DNA of 64,000 bases, from contig CATNEN010000025.1 in the NCBI GenBank assembly GCA_950097015.1, positions 62,001 through 126,000 of the forward strand, read 5' to 3'. The notes beneath the pieces were generated by a model, which saw only the letters and a list, made by a program, of their open reading frames with translations, made no database searches and was not told the DNA's origin. This document shows, in pieces, positions 1 to 13,260 of this stretch; positions within the stretch are counted from its first letter, which is position 1, and every line of letters starts with the position of its first letter. Made by a program: the position numbers and the translations under genes. Origin of the DNA: Macrostomum hystrix. Lineage: Eukaryota > Animalia > Platyhelminthes.

Positions 1-486
1 ATGCTTTTTAATTTCGATTTTCGAGCATCTAATGACTTCAATGGTGTGTCGAAATCCACAAATGCTACATCAGAACGACGGCCACTAGCACTACCAACTT
101 AAAATTGAACGAGGGTCAAAAGTTCGTTTTAAATTTAGGGAAACAAATATATTTTTGTTGCACTATTTTAGCGATCTGAGAATCGCTTCCAAAAACTTGC
201 TTATGTAGGTCGCCTTCCTGTTTTCTGATGCAAATTGAGACTATCCCTGGAGCTGGCATGTTTCTTTCCGAGTTGCTCATAGCACAATTTCTTTCAGCAG
301 ACCTGGGATTAGAGTCAAGGATGTCACACAGAGAGAAAATAATTACAGTCATCAGCAGTTCGAGGGCGGCAAGGGGCAGAAGCCAGTCAACAGAAGATAA
401 ATTTGGCTGGTCCCGGGTGGGCTCGGCAAGAATGAGAAATATTTGGACATTTTTACAAGTACTATATATTTACCACTCGAATTTGC

Positions 487-690
487 TGAACTGAATGAAC
501 TGAATGAACTGAATGAAGTGAAGTGAAGTGAAGTGAAGTGAAGTGAAGTGAAGTGAAGTGAAGTGAAGTGAAGTGTGTTAAAGTGAAGTGAAGTGAGTTA
601 AAGTGAACTGAAGTGAGTTAAAGTGAACTGAAGTGAGTTAAAGTGAACTGAAGTGAGTTAAAGTGAACTGAAGCGAACTGAAGTGAACTG
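487..690. repeat. 5-bp microsatellite (GAAGT/GAACT)n with 20-bp super-units
   Basis: Direct reading: gaact/gaatgaact, then a (gaagt)n run, then repeated aagtgaactgaagtgagtta. Confidence 0.95.
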
Positions 691-1769
691 AGAGACAGAA
701 AGGAACGAATAGAAAAACTTTATGCACTTGTTTCATCATTTTGTTCTCCCATTAGTTCGACCGTTCTCCTGATTCTCCCACAATTACGAGTGTATACAAA
801 TTTTACCCACTCCCTGTCTAACTCGCCCAGTTCTGCGCCATCCTAGCCCACAGCCCTCGTACAGCTTAGAATAACAAAACGGCTTGGCTTATCTGTAAGG
901 ATTAGGGCGTCAAAATTCTTCTAAATCCATTGGACCCACAGACTCCCACTTTGGCTGTTTTATGAATAAAAATAGGCAACAAATGAAGTGGAATTAGGAC
1001 TGTCGTGGCTTGCAAAGAGGCCAAAATTATACTGTTAAAACGGTAGATTTTTTTGTTTAAAACTTATAAATCTTCTTAATCTTCTAAAACAATTTCCAAC
1101 TCGCTTCAATCCCAAGGTTGTGCTTTATTCTTCGCAAAATAATCCGACCAGTTTTCGTTGAATTCTATGTTTCGACCGAATACAGTGGAAAATCACTACT
1201 TCCTGTCCTTGTGACGGATGCTGAAAGTGGGGGCAGGCAGTGTCAAACAAAACATCGAAAACTGGAAAGAGAGAGAGAAAAAGTATGGCAGAGAAGGAAG
1301 CGGTTTCGACAGTGAAAGCGTGTCACTCAGGCTGTGCTTGAAGTCGAATGTTCATGTTTAATTTGTTGCTGTGTTTCGCCGCCCTGACTAGAGTTTCTGC
1401 TGGACTTCTTGACTCTGAGTTGAACGGGAAACATGTAATTTTTTTTATATCAACGAATTTAGTTCAGCACCACAGTTCCTAATACCAGAAATCCCACATT
1501 TACAGTTGCGGCGTGTTATGCACAAAAAATGATGCGTCACGCTCAGTGCGAAACGGAAACACGAGCAGTAAGCCTGTGGGAATCGTGGACAGCGACGACT
1601 GCGAAGCACTATTGGAGGGGAGCTAAGCTGCAGCTCTATGATTATCATAAATAGGAAATAAAAACTAAATTAGGCGAGGGCGTTGGCCAGTTGACTTTCC
1701 CTGGGGGAAACGGATCGATCCAACCTAATTTAAAAAAACTCGCAGAGTTAGTCTGCCCGGCTCTTGTAT

Positions 1770-2150
1770 GTCGTGCCCCTTGAATGTTTTCAACCGTTCA
1801 GACAACGTCGCTCTTCCTGTCCGTGTCCTTGAATGTCTTCAACTGTGTAGCAAAGCGTCGCTCTTCCTGTTCGTATCCTTGAGTGTCTACAACCGTTCAG
1901 ACAACGTCACTCTTCCTGTTCGTGTCCTTGAATGTCTACAACCGTTCAGACAACGTCACTCTTCCTATTCGTGTCCTTGAATGTCTACAACCGTTCAGAC
2001 AACGTCACTCTTCCCGTTCGTGTCCTTGAATGTCTACAACCGTGCAGCACAGCGTCGCTCTTCCCGTTCGTGTCCTTGAATGTCTACAACCGCGCAGCAC
2101 AGCGTCGCTCTTCCCGTTCGTGTCCTTGAATGTCTACAACCACGCAGCAG
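1770..2150. repeat. 49-bp minisatellite, about 7-8 copies
   Basis: Unit ttgaatgtctacaaccgttcagacaacgtcactcttcctgttcgtgtcc; aaccgttcag recurs at 1891 and 1940. Confidence 0.92.
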
Positions 2151-4065
2151 ATACGTAAAATTTGTTACTTTATTTAGTTTCAATACTCTGCCTGGGACAT
2201 TTCAAGGCGTGAGAATAAAAGTTTCTGTTTGGCGATGCTGCTAACCAAAAAAAGTTGCATTTAAGTACATGAAGCAAGCTCACTTTTTATTTTCCGATTC
2301 TATCAAATCAGAAACAAGGTGAATGAGCTTTCCAAATCCAACATTCAGTGAATTGAGCTCACTAAATATGGCATTTTAATTCGCCTAATGGCTGGATGTA
2401 GGCCGCCCCGTGGCATCGCAGAGCAGCAGCGTTGGTTAACTTCAAACGAGGCGATAAATGCGAACAGCGCCGAGCATCCTGGCCAATCCTTCCGCTGCAG
2501 TTTTGCTAAATCCCCCCGGAAAGACAAGCGGATTTATGGCTAGGCGGGCGAGATAATTTTAAAAGCCCACGGAGCAATCAATTTCCCGATTGCTGTATAG
2601 CAATCCGACAGCATCACCCGCACTGCCTTATGATGCATGGCGAAAGCAATTACTTTGACACTCGCTTTCCAACTGGTCAATGCACAGCCTCCCAGGGGAA
2701 CCCACAAAGCCCATCTTACCGCTAAATACGCTTGAACTTGTGCTACCGATGCACATTTCGGTCTAAAGGCACACTACTGACGTCATTGAGCTAAATAATA
2801 TATGCTCGTAGAGTTGAATAGTTTTCATCAAAGCTCGATGGATAACGGGGCAAAACTTTGGAACATTCTGATCACTCACATGAGCAAAGTGAAAGAATGT
2901 CGATCGAGAGAAAACCACAAATTTTTTTGCCATTTCTCGCATTATTTAATATTGTTAACTTCTCCCCTCGTTTTCTGAAATCGCGCAATCAAGGCGAACT
3001 CGCTGGGAAATCGTTTCGGAAACCCTAAGATCCTATACGCGCCGTAGCCAGTGTACTTTTAGGTTATAATAAATTTAAGTATTCTGAAGTTTCGGCGTTT
3101 TTAAATAAGTTGCAGTTCTCGTTTTAGACATTCTGCAAATAAAAGTTTATGAAAACTTGAGTTAGTGACAGCGATCGTTTGCTACCAAGATACGAGCCCT
3201 AGGTGGTGCCAACCACACCATTAATGAAACTTAAATCGAGACCTCCAGTGTAAATCTTAAAGGCAGACTTTTTTCAACTTTTCCTAGTTCTATGGGAAGC
3301 GGGAGCCCTCATTTAATTATGCTGCACTTTCATGCGCTCAGGGCATTACAATTAACGACTAAGGCCCCATTCCATTTCCCTGTTCCCACTCTAGTCTGTC
3401 CGTCTAACGCCAACTGTCTGTCTCTTGCAACTCTTTTGAAATATGTCTTCTCCCCAATTAAAAAATCTCATCTTTCAAGCCAGCTAACCAATCGGCTAGT
3501 TCGTGACTAAACTTGCGGACCACCGTCTGATTCCAAGAACTCTGAAACTACCAGCGGCTGACAAAGAATCAAAGAATCTACTCTCTAGGTGCAGACGGAA
3601 GGTCGGCTTCCCTTCTATTTCCCGCGGGCCAGGAGAATCTGCCTGATTGGCAGTCCCAAGCTGGAAAAGAAGCCTCACCATATAGTGCTGCTCAAAATAG
3701 TTCGCATATGAGCACTGTTGTCTTTGAATTCCAGTCCCAGGACCGCAGCATCGACTTGCCAAATCCGTGCATCTTCGTCTTGTTTCAGACAAATTTTGTG
3801 AGTAAAAATGCTGATGTCAAGAAAGGTTTGAGCTTGCTTTACTGAGCCTGTTTGTTGTGCGTGCCAGCCTGGGTGGAGGGGCTTAGAAACGACGCTCGAG
3901 CGATGCGAAAATCGACAATCGGGACAAGCACACAGAACAAAAGCTAAAGCTGCAGGTGCCAGCCATTCCCGAAGCTTCTGTTTGCTCATTCTCTTTCTCC
4001 CTCTGCATATTAAAGTGTTTGGCTTGAGTTTTGTTGGAATTCGAATTAGGAGTTAGTTAATTCAT

Positions 4066-4343
4066 ATTCAATTTAGACACGCTCAGCTTCAGACCCTTGC
4101 TTTCCTGTCGCCTCTGCTTCTGACTTTCGGAGAGAGAATTGGAGAGACTAATGTACATTCTGTAAGATACATGTACTCAGTTTATTGTCTATGGTAAGAT
4201 TGAAAACCGAGATTGGGACTGTAAAGGAAAATGATTTCTGGCCTTACAGAATGTACATTAGTCTCTCCAATTCTCTATCCGAAAGTCAGAAGCAGAGGCG
4301 ACAGGAAAGCAAGGGTCTGAAGCTGAGCGTGTCTAAATTGAAT
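4066..4343. repeat. 101-bp near-perfect inverted repeat with 76-bp spacer
   Basis: 4066-4166 is the reverse complement of 4243-4343 with one mismatch seen (ctctct vs ctctat). Confidence 0.93.
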
Positions 4344-4600
4344 GATGGGTGTCTAAATTGAATATGTGCTTTGCCTCAGAACTAGAATTTTACCATAGAC
4401 AAATCGCTCTCAATGAGGAAGTGTTTAAATTGAATATCCACTGTCTAAATCGAATATCTGCTGTTTAAATTAAAGTCAGCTTTGTCTAATTTGAACGTCC
4501 AACTGAAGGTATAAAAATAGAGTGTCGAAAATGAATGTCAAGTTGTCTAAACTGCAGCGCAGATTTGTTGAAATTGAACGGGAAAAGGTGTAGTTATATC
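4330..4600. repeat. Degenerate tandem repeat with gtctaaattgaat core
   Basis: Diverged copies such as gtctaaattgaat, gtttaaattgaat, gtctaaatcgaat, gtctaatttgaac, gtcgaaaatgaat. Confidence 0.7.
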
Positions 4601-5514
4601 GCTTTTGACAATCTAAACGGGAATGGATTTGGGCGCAGGACAGAGCTCTCATAACACCTGACGAAAATTTGAGATTCGAAATTGAAAAAAAAAACCATCA
4701 ATATGTGATTGAGGTAGCTTAGTTCACCATCCCTTTCCCTTTTAGTGCTTAATGTCGCCACAGATTTCACAGTCTGACCACCAACTACTTATTGACGTCA
4801 TCAACCAAGGCTCAACCATCATGGAGTGGCGATTGCAAAGGGTTGGGTTGTTCTTGCAGAGCCGACAACAGAATGCAAGAACTCATCACTGAAAAGTTGG
4901 AAATCAATAGATTTTTTACAGTAAATTGAATAGCAAAACTCCTTGGCAGCGAATTTCCTGCAGCTACATGAGTTTCGATCGCATGCTACAGGACCTGCTT
5001 TACACAGTAAAGCTGACTCCAAAATAGCAAAATGCTATCTAACTTAAGTTTAGAAAAGGTTATAATCATCGTTGTCCAGAAAGTTAAATCACAGATAACA
5101 AAATAACTTGTCAAATAATCTCAAATCGCGAGCATCTATCAATTTTCTACGCTCTCACTGTTGCGTATTAATTGACAAGTATATGTGCATGTTAGTTACA
5201 TAAATAGTTTAAGCAGAATCATCACAGCAAGCAGCTAAGGAGAAAAACTAAATTTTCTAATAACTGTCTAGCTATGGTGCTGATTAATATGTTTGTTATA
5301 CATCGTTAGTATATACACGTAAACAGTAAAGAAGTATGAGAGCCTATATAAAAAACATTTAGTTTCAACTTATTCGTCAATATTGAAGTTCACGGATGTA
5401 CATATTCTGAATGAGGGGCGTTTGGCTTAGAAACATTGCGAATGTTCGTTGTGGGGCGCTGTGTGTCAATTTACAGAGCCCAATGTGTGATTGGATAAAG
5501 TGTTAAATCATTAT

Positions 5515-6012
5515 TCACAATGCCGAGCTCTCAAGGCCATCCAGATCATTGCGATGCTTAGGACTGTTGACTGTTGTTAGAGGACAATTGTCGCCGAAGT
5601 TTTTTGTTGGCTGGTTGCACGGCAGTAACTGCTGCATCTGCTGCCGCTGCTGCTTTTGCTCCCGACGCTTCCGCTTCATCTCCTCTCGAGTCTGGGCCAC
5701 AACTCTGGGTATAAATATCTGTGCAAAGACGTCCCTGAACTGAGAGCTCATTCCGTAGAGCCAGAAAAAATTCGTGGCAGAGTTTAGTATCACAAGGATG
5801 TCCATGACATTGCCAACCTGTCTGTAGATGGTGTTGAATACGCAATCGTCGACTGCAGCAGCCAGATTCAGGCAGCCCTGGGGGAACTCCGTGACGGTGA
5901 AGCTGGCCACTACGGCCACCAGCAGCACGGTGGTGCGAGTGTTCTCTCGAAGGCTGCGCGCCTCTCTCGAGCGGACTTGGTCGGCCTTTAGACGCTTCCG
6001 ACGTTTTCGCAC
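5515..6012 (-). CDS. Myosuppressin-receptor/dmsr-1-like (Srw-type) class A GPCR, exon 2 (ICL3, TM6, TM7, C-tail)
   Basis: Acceptor ctgcag|GTG at 6013/6012, phase 0. RTTVLLVAVVASFTVTEFPQG and MDILVILNSATNF..MSSQFRDVF match the TEFPQG and MDILALINSSINF..MSKQFR motifs of Drosophila Dms receptors as I recall them. Confidence 0.9.
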   Translation of the reverse strand: MRKRRKRLKADQVRSREARSLRENTRTTVLLVAVVASFTVTEFPQGCLNLAAAVDDCVFNTIYRQVGNVMDILVILNSATNFFWLYGMSSQFRDVFAQIFIPRVVAQTREEMKRKRREQKQQRQQMQQLLPCNQPTKNFGDNCPLTTVNSPKHRNDLDGLESSAL

Positions 6013-7877
6013 CTGCAGTTTTTTTAGGCGGAGATGAGGCACCGTGTGAGTTAGCCGCGTGGCATAGAGCTCTGTTGTTCAAACGAGAAAATGATTACAA
6101 GTGTGCCTCCAATTAAGCCCCAGCTCAAATGGTAAACAACCTATTTTTGCTAACCTACTTTCTGAAGGGCTCCTGGTTAGAAAAGTCGGAGAAAAAGACA
6201 AGAAAGTTGTTAAGCACGAGTGTTTCTATCGACTATAAAGCCACTTGTTCCAATTCTGCTTCCAAAGCCACTCCTGGTTAAGCTGGTGGGTGGAGCTGCT
6301 CTCGAAGTCCGCGGCGACAATCCAAAAATTTCTGAGCCCGAAAAGCACAGGAATAGGATGAAAATCTTTAGTCGATATTTTTAGCAGACACTGGTATTCG
6401 GTCCGACTCTGACCAGATCGATTCATTCGGATTCAGCATATGAATGGAACCTGGGAACACTTGACAACAAAATCGGACTCTGCAGACTGTAAAACTAATT
6501 TAAATCGAAGCGTTCAGTCTCACAATCGGCGCAATTTTTATTTTGGTTTGTGATTTTTAAGTCTAATGTATGTCTTCCGTAAATATTTAAAAAAGCAATC
6601 ACTGAAACTACATATATAAAAAAGAAAACTTCAGGGACGTGATGTGGAAATTTTAGTCAACATGTCTCAAAATTAATTATTCTGTTCAATAGCGACTTCA
6701 GCGCAAGTCCCTTGACACTTACGCGCCACTGTCACTATTGGTTTTTGTCAAAATAACATTTGTGCAGTAGCATCCAGCATTCCTATATGTTTATCCTGGC
6801 TTGCACTATGCAACTCAAATGGGACGATGAAGGTGAGACCTTGTGTTTTGCCGAGTTTCATTCTCGATTTTTACTAGGGAAAAGTACCAGTCTTCGCATT
6901 AGATCAGAAGAAAATATCGTTCTCTAAAAATGAACCTGGTACGTGACACTCCAGAATTTCAATGTAGGCCGGAACATTGCAAAACTATGGAGAGCAGGAA
7001 GTGTGAAGGGCGATTGAAAAAGGAGAAATAGGATAATAGACGGGTTGAGAAAGCAATCGACATGATGTGGATTTTCGGTAGGAAGATTCTGGAAGCCAGC
7101 GAGGCGAGATCACACGATGAGCGGGCATCAGTTGCTAAGCAAACACGCCCACCCCAGTGACCGAAACGACCGTGCGTTCTGCTGGATGGAGATTCGGTTT
7201 GAAAGAATTGACTCCTATCGTGACTGACTTCCCTCGTGAGCAGGCTCGTTGTCCACTTCCGTTTCCCAAGCCCAGATCCACCTCGTCCTGCTCCAGGCTC
7301 TAATTCTCGGCCTGTCTCTCAGTCTCCGAGCTTTGAGTTTATTCGACCTAGGGTACTCGATGTTATTTGCATTCCGGGCAAGAAAATACTGCTCTCCGTA
7401 TTGTGGGCTGGAAGCCCAGAGACCGGCTGTGCATCCTGCCTGCCAGTTGATCGCGTTTCATCATTCATTTTTTTTTCTGCACTGTCTTCGTCTCTCACCA
7501 AATTTTTCGGCCTCGAGTAGTCTCTGAGTTTAAGGTTGACAATGGCTTGCGAAATTGTGGAACTAGTCTCAAGTGCCTATGAGCGTAGCTTTCTTTGAAA
7601 AACGTTTTCATTTCACAGCTGGTTAGAAATAACAGCTTCTGAATTGTTTAAAATAAAACTCTATCCGATTTTATACAAAGTGCCGAATTTGCTGAAGTTG
7701 AGCGCTTTATCAATCGGAAAAAATTAAAAAGCTAAAGCATTTTCTCATTTTGTTTTGTGGAACTATCTTCTGGTTCATCCGGAAATTATACGACTATTGT
7801 GTAAGATAGGCTTTTTATGTACCTTAGTACTTGACTGGGTTACTCCGGATATTTAGATCAAGCTCAGACAAAGTACT

Positions 7878-8915
7878 CAGTCATTTAGTTGACAAATTCT
7901 ATGTTTTGTCCATGCTAGACAAACTCGATCTCTAGTCATTTAGTTGACAAACTCGATCTCTAGTCATTTAGTTGACAAACTCGATCTCTAGTCATTTAGT
8001 TGACAAACTCGATCTCTAGTCATTTAGTTGACAAACTCGATCTCTAGTCATTCGATTGATAAGCTCGATCTCTAGTCATTTAGTTGACAAACTCGATCTC
8101 TAGTCATTCGATTGATAAGCTCGATCTCTAGTCATTTAGTTGACAAACTCGATCTCTAGTCATTCGATTGATAAGCTCGATCTCTAGCCATTCGGTTGAC
8201 AAACTCAATCTCTAGTCATTTAGTTGACAAACTCGATCTCTAGTCATTTAGTTGACAAACTCGATCTCTAGTCATTCGATTGATAAGCTCGATCTCTAGT
8301 CATTTAGTTGACAAACTCGATCTCTAGTCATTCGATTGATAAGCTCGATCTCTAGTCATTTAGTTGACAAACTCGATCTCTAGTCATTCGGTTGACAAAC
8401 TCAATCTCTAGTCATTTAGTTGACAAACTCGATCTCTAGCCATTCGGTTGACAAACTCAATCTCTAGTCATTTAGTTGACAAACTCGATCTCTAGTCCTT
8501 TAGTTGACAAACTCGATCTCTAGTCATTCGGTTGACAAACTCGATCTCTAGTCATTTAGTTGACAAACTCAATCTCTAGTCATTTAGTTGACAAACTCGA
8601 TCTCTAGTCATTTAGTTGACAAACTCAATCTCTAGTCATTTAGTTGACAAACTCGATCTCTAGTCATTTAGTTGACAAACTCGATCTCTAGTCATTTAGT
8701 TGACGAACTCGATCTCTAGTCATTCGATTGACGAACTCGATCTCTAGTCAATCAGTTGACAAACTCGATCTCTAGTCATTCGGTTGAAAAAATATATTTC
8801 TAGTCATTCGGTTGAAAAAATCGATCTCTCGTCATTTGGTTGACAAACTCGATCTCTAGTCATTCGGTAGACCGGTCATTTGATCTCTGGTCATTTGATC
8901 CATAGTCATTTGGAA
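7878..8915. repeat. 28-bp minisatellite in the GPCR intron, about 35 copies
   Basis: Unit ctagtcatttagttgacaaactcgatct; period 28 (7921, 7949); degenerate edges. Confidence 0.95.
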
Positions 8916-9504
8916 GCCATACGATCTTGAGTTGTAGACACTATAAACTATTTGGTCATTGCTAACAAATGTAGAGAATTGAGGTACATTAAACTATACG
9001 AGAAATTATTTATTACACTACCTTTCGACTTACCTTTCCCGCGTGAAACTATTTGATTAGCCGTCACAAATGACAAATAAGATTTGTTTTCCACTGTTAT
9101 ATAAATTAATCTTGGTATCTAAAAATTAAACTTCCAGTGCTAATCACATCAGCGTGTTCACTGGCTGTCGGCTTAGATTTTCTTAATTCTCCTGAACGTG
9201 TCATAATCAGTTTACAGAGGGCCAGTCAAATTAGGACGAGTGAGCTTGTTCACAGTTTTTAACAGTCTTCACGATAAAGAAGTAAGGCTTGGCACAACTA
9301 TATACACACAGCTGGCAAATATTGCAGAACATGGACTACTAAAGTCAATTCACTACTGGAAATATTGATTAAGTATTTTAGAATGAGCTGTGTGGGATGT
9401 AGTTGTATAGATTTTTTCATAGGTTTTGTTCCTATCGGAAATAATATGTATTGAATAAGATAGTAGATTGTATAAGGCCATCAAATGCATACTAACACTG
9501 CAAG

Positions 9505-9871
9505 CAGGGGTGGGTGGCAGAGCGGTTAACGCGTTTGCCTCTCGCACCACGGTCCCTAAGTTCGATTCCACGGCGAGGCCACATTTATTTGGGGCGCAGC
9601 CGCGGAGAGAAGGCTAGGGGGCTTGTCGTGCAATTTACGCCCTTGATGGCCAACCTCCAAGGCACAGTGAAAGTGTACACTGCCTGACGATGAGAAAGTC
9701 AGGGCAGATGTACACACCTGTGTGAGCGTGTGCCTGCGTACAGTATCTGTGTGCGTGTGTGCTCAGTAGTCAGCGGAATGGGCAGAATTGCCTCCTCGCT
9801 GGCTGCGGGTCTAGTGTCACCGAATAATGTGCCATTGCCCGCAGCCCTCCTACTGTTATTATTATTATAAA
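9505..9871 (+). mobile_element. tRNA-derived SINE, family B, full-length
   Basis: A-box-like tggcagagcgg, B-box-like gttcgattcc, (tta)n tail; 8-bp TSD actgcaag at 9497-9504 and 9872-9879; homologous copies at 38224-38555, 29095-29195 and 30215-30330. Confidence 0.85.
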
Positions 9872-10717
9872 ACTGCAAGAAGTCTCACATAGCTCACAAT
9901 CGATAGATTTCGTTAAAATAGCTGTCATGATTTAATCTCCTCACTGCATTTTACCTTATATTCGTCTTAAACATTCCTTCACGAGTCGCAGTTCCTGCGT
10001 ATACTTCTTATAAATATATATTTTTAATCGTTAAAAAAGCGCTTATGCAAACTGCAACTGCTCAATGAGAACAATTAGCAGACCAGGTTTTTCTAAAGAG
10101 CCAAATCTGAGTCAGCAATCTGCACGGGTTTCTAAAGCCATTTTTCAGTAGCAGAGCTCGTAGTTGGAATATTTCTAAAGAGAATGAGTATCAATCGGTA
10201 TTGATCAATAGAATACTGTAAACACCCCAGTTAAAATATTTGTAGAATACCGGTCGTTTTCCAATTCTTCCTAAAATGGCAATCGCGATTATGCAAACAA
10301 TTTCCGCACAATTTGGAAAATAAATTCTGCTTCCAATTTGCTTTGTTAGAAATCTTGTTCTAATCATCCTTATTAGCCATTTGCCCCTGAAAGTGACTGT
10401 CAAAAGTCATTGCAGACGGGCAGGAAATTAATGAAGCTTAAGCTCTACCTAAGAACCAAGCCTAGTTAGAAGCTGTTTATTTCGGAAGTTGATATTCTTG
10501 AGATCAGACTTATAATTAGTATGTTTTTATGTTTTTTGTTTATCTGTATTGTCTCGTTGTTTTGACCTGCCCATCATCGGTTGTTATGCTCTTCGAAGAG
10601 GTCCGGCAGATTTTTGGAATTAAAATATCTTCCCATGCGACTTTGACCTCAATTGCCCATGAAATGAGGAGGCATTATGCACAAACATAGTTGCCACAAA
10701 CAGAGCAATATGCTCAC

Positions 10718-11563
10718 CTGCTGTAGAGTGTAGAGAAGCATTCCGCTGAAAACACAGTTCAACAGCGAGCTAGTCATCTTCACGAATATCCCGTAGATGT
10801 ACATGTTCAGCGTTTCAATGTGCACCTCCTTGACCCAGTCGTGCAGATCGAACCACCAGCTGTCGGTGCCGTTGACGCCTTGGTTTGTCATCTTGTAGAT
10901 CAGCGAGTTGGGCATAGTGGCCACCAGGGACACGACAACGATAGCCACTAGGCAGCAACGGGCTCGACGCATGCTGCACCAGGCTGGGCCGTCCGTCGGA
11001 AAGTAAACAGCAACGAAGCGGAAGAAGGCCAGCGCCACAGTGAACAGAGTCCCGATGACGTGTCCCACAATGGACACGACGTTGTGGACCAGGATGAGCA
11101 GAATGCCGAGTCGCGAGTGGCCACCCTCGGGATTGGGCTCGCTTATTACGTACAGATACACAGCGTAGTAGGTGTACGAAGCCAGCTTCACAATGTCGCA
11201 CAGGGCAATGCAAGTGAGAATCAGATTGAACGGGTTGCGCATGGATTTCCGGGTCAGCACCACGCACACAATGACGTTTAGTACGATGCCGACCAAGCAG
11301 ACGGTGCTGCTCAGATAGCCGTGGAATCTCGCCATGTTGTGCTCCAGGCTGTCTAACGTGCTAAAGTTGTAGCTGCTGCAGTCGCGCTCAAAATGAACTC
11401 CATTGTCACCGGCGGTTGCATTGCTGAAGACTCCACCAACGGCATTGCCCAGTCCATTGGCTGAATTGTTCCGCGCTCCGATGCCGGCCACAGCAGCTGG
11501 AGTCATGCGACCTGGCAGGTTGTACTGCCGCGGCATGGTGACCTGACTTGACTTTGCTTTCAC
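10718..11563 (-). CDS. Myosuppressin-receptor/dmsr-1-like class A GPCR, exon 1 (N-terminus, TM1-TM5)
   Basis: HGYLSSTVCLVGIVLNVIVCVVLTRKSMRNP..LTCIALCD, ALAFFRFVAVYFP..WCSMR and YGIFVK match the DmsR pattern. Donor CAG|gtgagc at 10718/10717, phase 0 (846 nt). The start could be a downstream Met. Confidence 0.9.
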
Positions 11564-12389
11564 CCGATTTCGCGTGCTGTTCGCTCGCTTTCCTTCCTGA
11601 CTTTCTAGTCGGTTTTCTCACTGGAAACTGGTTGAAATAGTCCTTTGACAACCCTGCCTTCTTCCTATCTCTTCGTGTCTATATCGCTCCTGCAATACCA
11701 TTGCCGACGTTTGCCCCGCGATTGGCTCGCACCGATGAGGCGACCCAATCCAAAGCCTTCCTTTTCAGCCCAGTCTCTCGCTTTACGTTTTCCCTCTCCC
11801 ACTCGCTCCTCCCAGTCTCCCAGTAGTTTCTATCCTAAAGAAGATCCCCCCAGTTTCAACGCATGTGCAATCCCCGCCCCCGCTGTCGCCAGCCCTCTAA
11901 TCCTATCCGCCAGCATTCCCAACTTGTCCGAATGCAGCGGCCCCATCCGCCAGCTAATGCTGGCGCAAACAGTCGCTCGATCAGCAGGCGGCGGCTGATT
12001 TAGCAGCAGCTATAGCTGGACTTCCAATACATGCGCGCTACGGAAAATATGGGACTGCGGAGACGCACAGATGGGTACGCAAAGAGGAGGATAGAGAATA
12101 ATTTTCACCAGCTTTTTTTCAAGGTACTTTTCCAAGTGGAGCCTAAACAGAATGGCAGCAGTCAGAGCACAAAAGCTGGCTTGAATAAGAATGCTTCAGC
12201 CAGGTTGTAGAACACCTTTGTATGATCTTCTATCAAGTCCTAGAGTCCTAACTGAATATACTAGAAAAGAACTTATCTTAATAAAAATAATGCTAGAACT
12301 ATTGGCTTGGCCAGCCGTGACAATAAATTTCTGGCAAAACAGTAATACAGCATCTTTCCAATCTAGATTTATAGATGGATACACTTTAG

Positions 12390-13182
12390 AGACACCGGAG
12401 AGATGAGACACGGGAGAGATGAGACACGAGAGAGATGAGACACGGGAGAGATGAGACACGAGAGAGATGAGACACGGGAGAGATGAGACACGAGAGAGAT
12501 GAGACACGGGAGAGATGAGACACGAGAGAGATGAGACACGAGAGAGATGAGACACGAGAGAGATCAGACACGAGAGAGATGAGACACGAGAGAGATGAGA
12601 CATGGGAGAGATGAGACACGGGAGAGATGAGACACGGGAGAGATGAGACACGGGAGAGATGAGACACGGGAGAGATGAGACACGGGAGAGATGAGACACG
12701 GGAGAGATGAGACACGGGAGAGATGAGACACTGGAGAGATGAGACACGGGAGAGATGAGACACGGGAGAGATGAGACACGAGAGAGATGAGATACGAGAG
12801 AGATGAGACACGAGAGAGATGAGACACGGGAAAGATGAGACACGAGAGAGATGAGATACGAGAGAGATGAGACACGAGAGAGATGAGACACGGGAAAGAT
12901 GAGACACGGGAGAGTTGAGACACGAGAGAGATGAGACACGGGAGAGATGAGACACGAGAGAGATGAGACACGGGAGAGATGAGACACGGGAGAGATGAGA
13001 CACGGGAGAGATGAGACACGGGAGAGATGAGAAACGGGAGAGATGAGACACGGTAGAGATGAGATACGGGAGAGATGAGACACGGGAGAGATGAGACACG
13101 AGAGAGATGAGACACGGGAGAGATGCGACACGGGAGAGATGAGACACGGGAGAGATGAGACATGGGAGAGATGAGACACGGG
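12390..13182. repeat. 16-bp minisatellite (gagatgagacacggga)n, about 50 copies
   Basis: Direct reading; 16-aa periodicity in the ORF-track translations. Confidence 0.96.
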
Positions 13183-13260
13183 AGGAGTGCAGTTGTTAGA
13201 AGGGCCAGAGAGCATTTGAGGGTTGCATCTGGCTCGCAGGCTGCAGCCTTCCGACCCCTG
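13183..13260 (-). mobile_element. Diverged terminal arm of a hAT-type MITE related to 30844-31433
   Basis: gagcatttgagggttgcatctggctcgcaggctgcagccttccgacccctg aligns by eye with the reverse complement of the left arm of 30844-31433. The opposite terminus was not found. Confidence 0.6.

Noticed and set aside
2345-3989. Short ORFs and TAAT-rich stretches as genes or enhancers
   Set aside because: No recognisable protein motifs or splice structure; regulatory function cannot be supported from sequence alone.
7040-7250. Possible GIY-YIG/Penelope remnant (RKILEA)
   Set aside because: A single short motif with stops and no supporting alignment.
10649-10717. ORF continuation VSILLCLWQLC... as the GPCR C-terminus
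   Set aside because: It is intronic. A GTGAG donor follows TM5 and TM6-7 are in the exon at 5515-6012.
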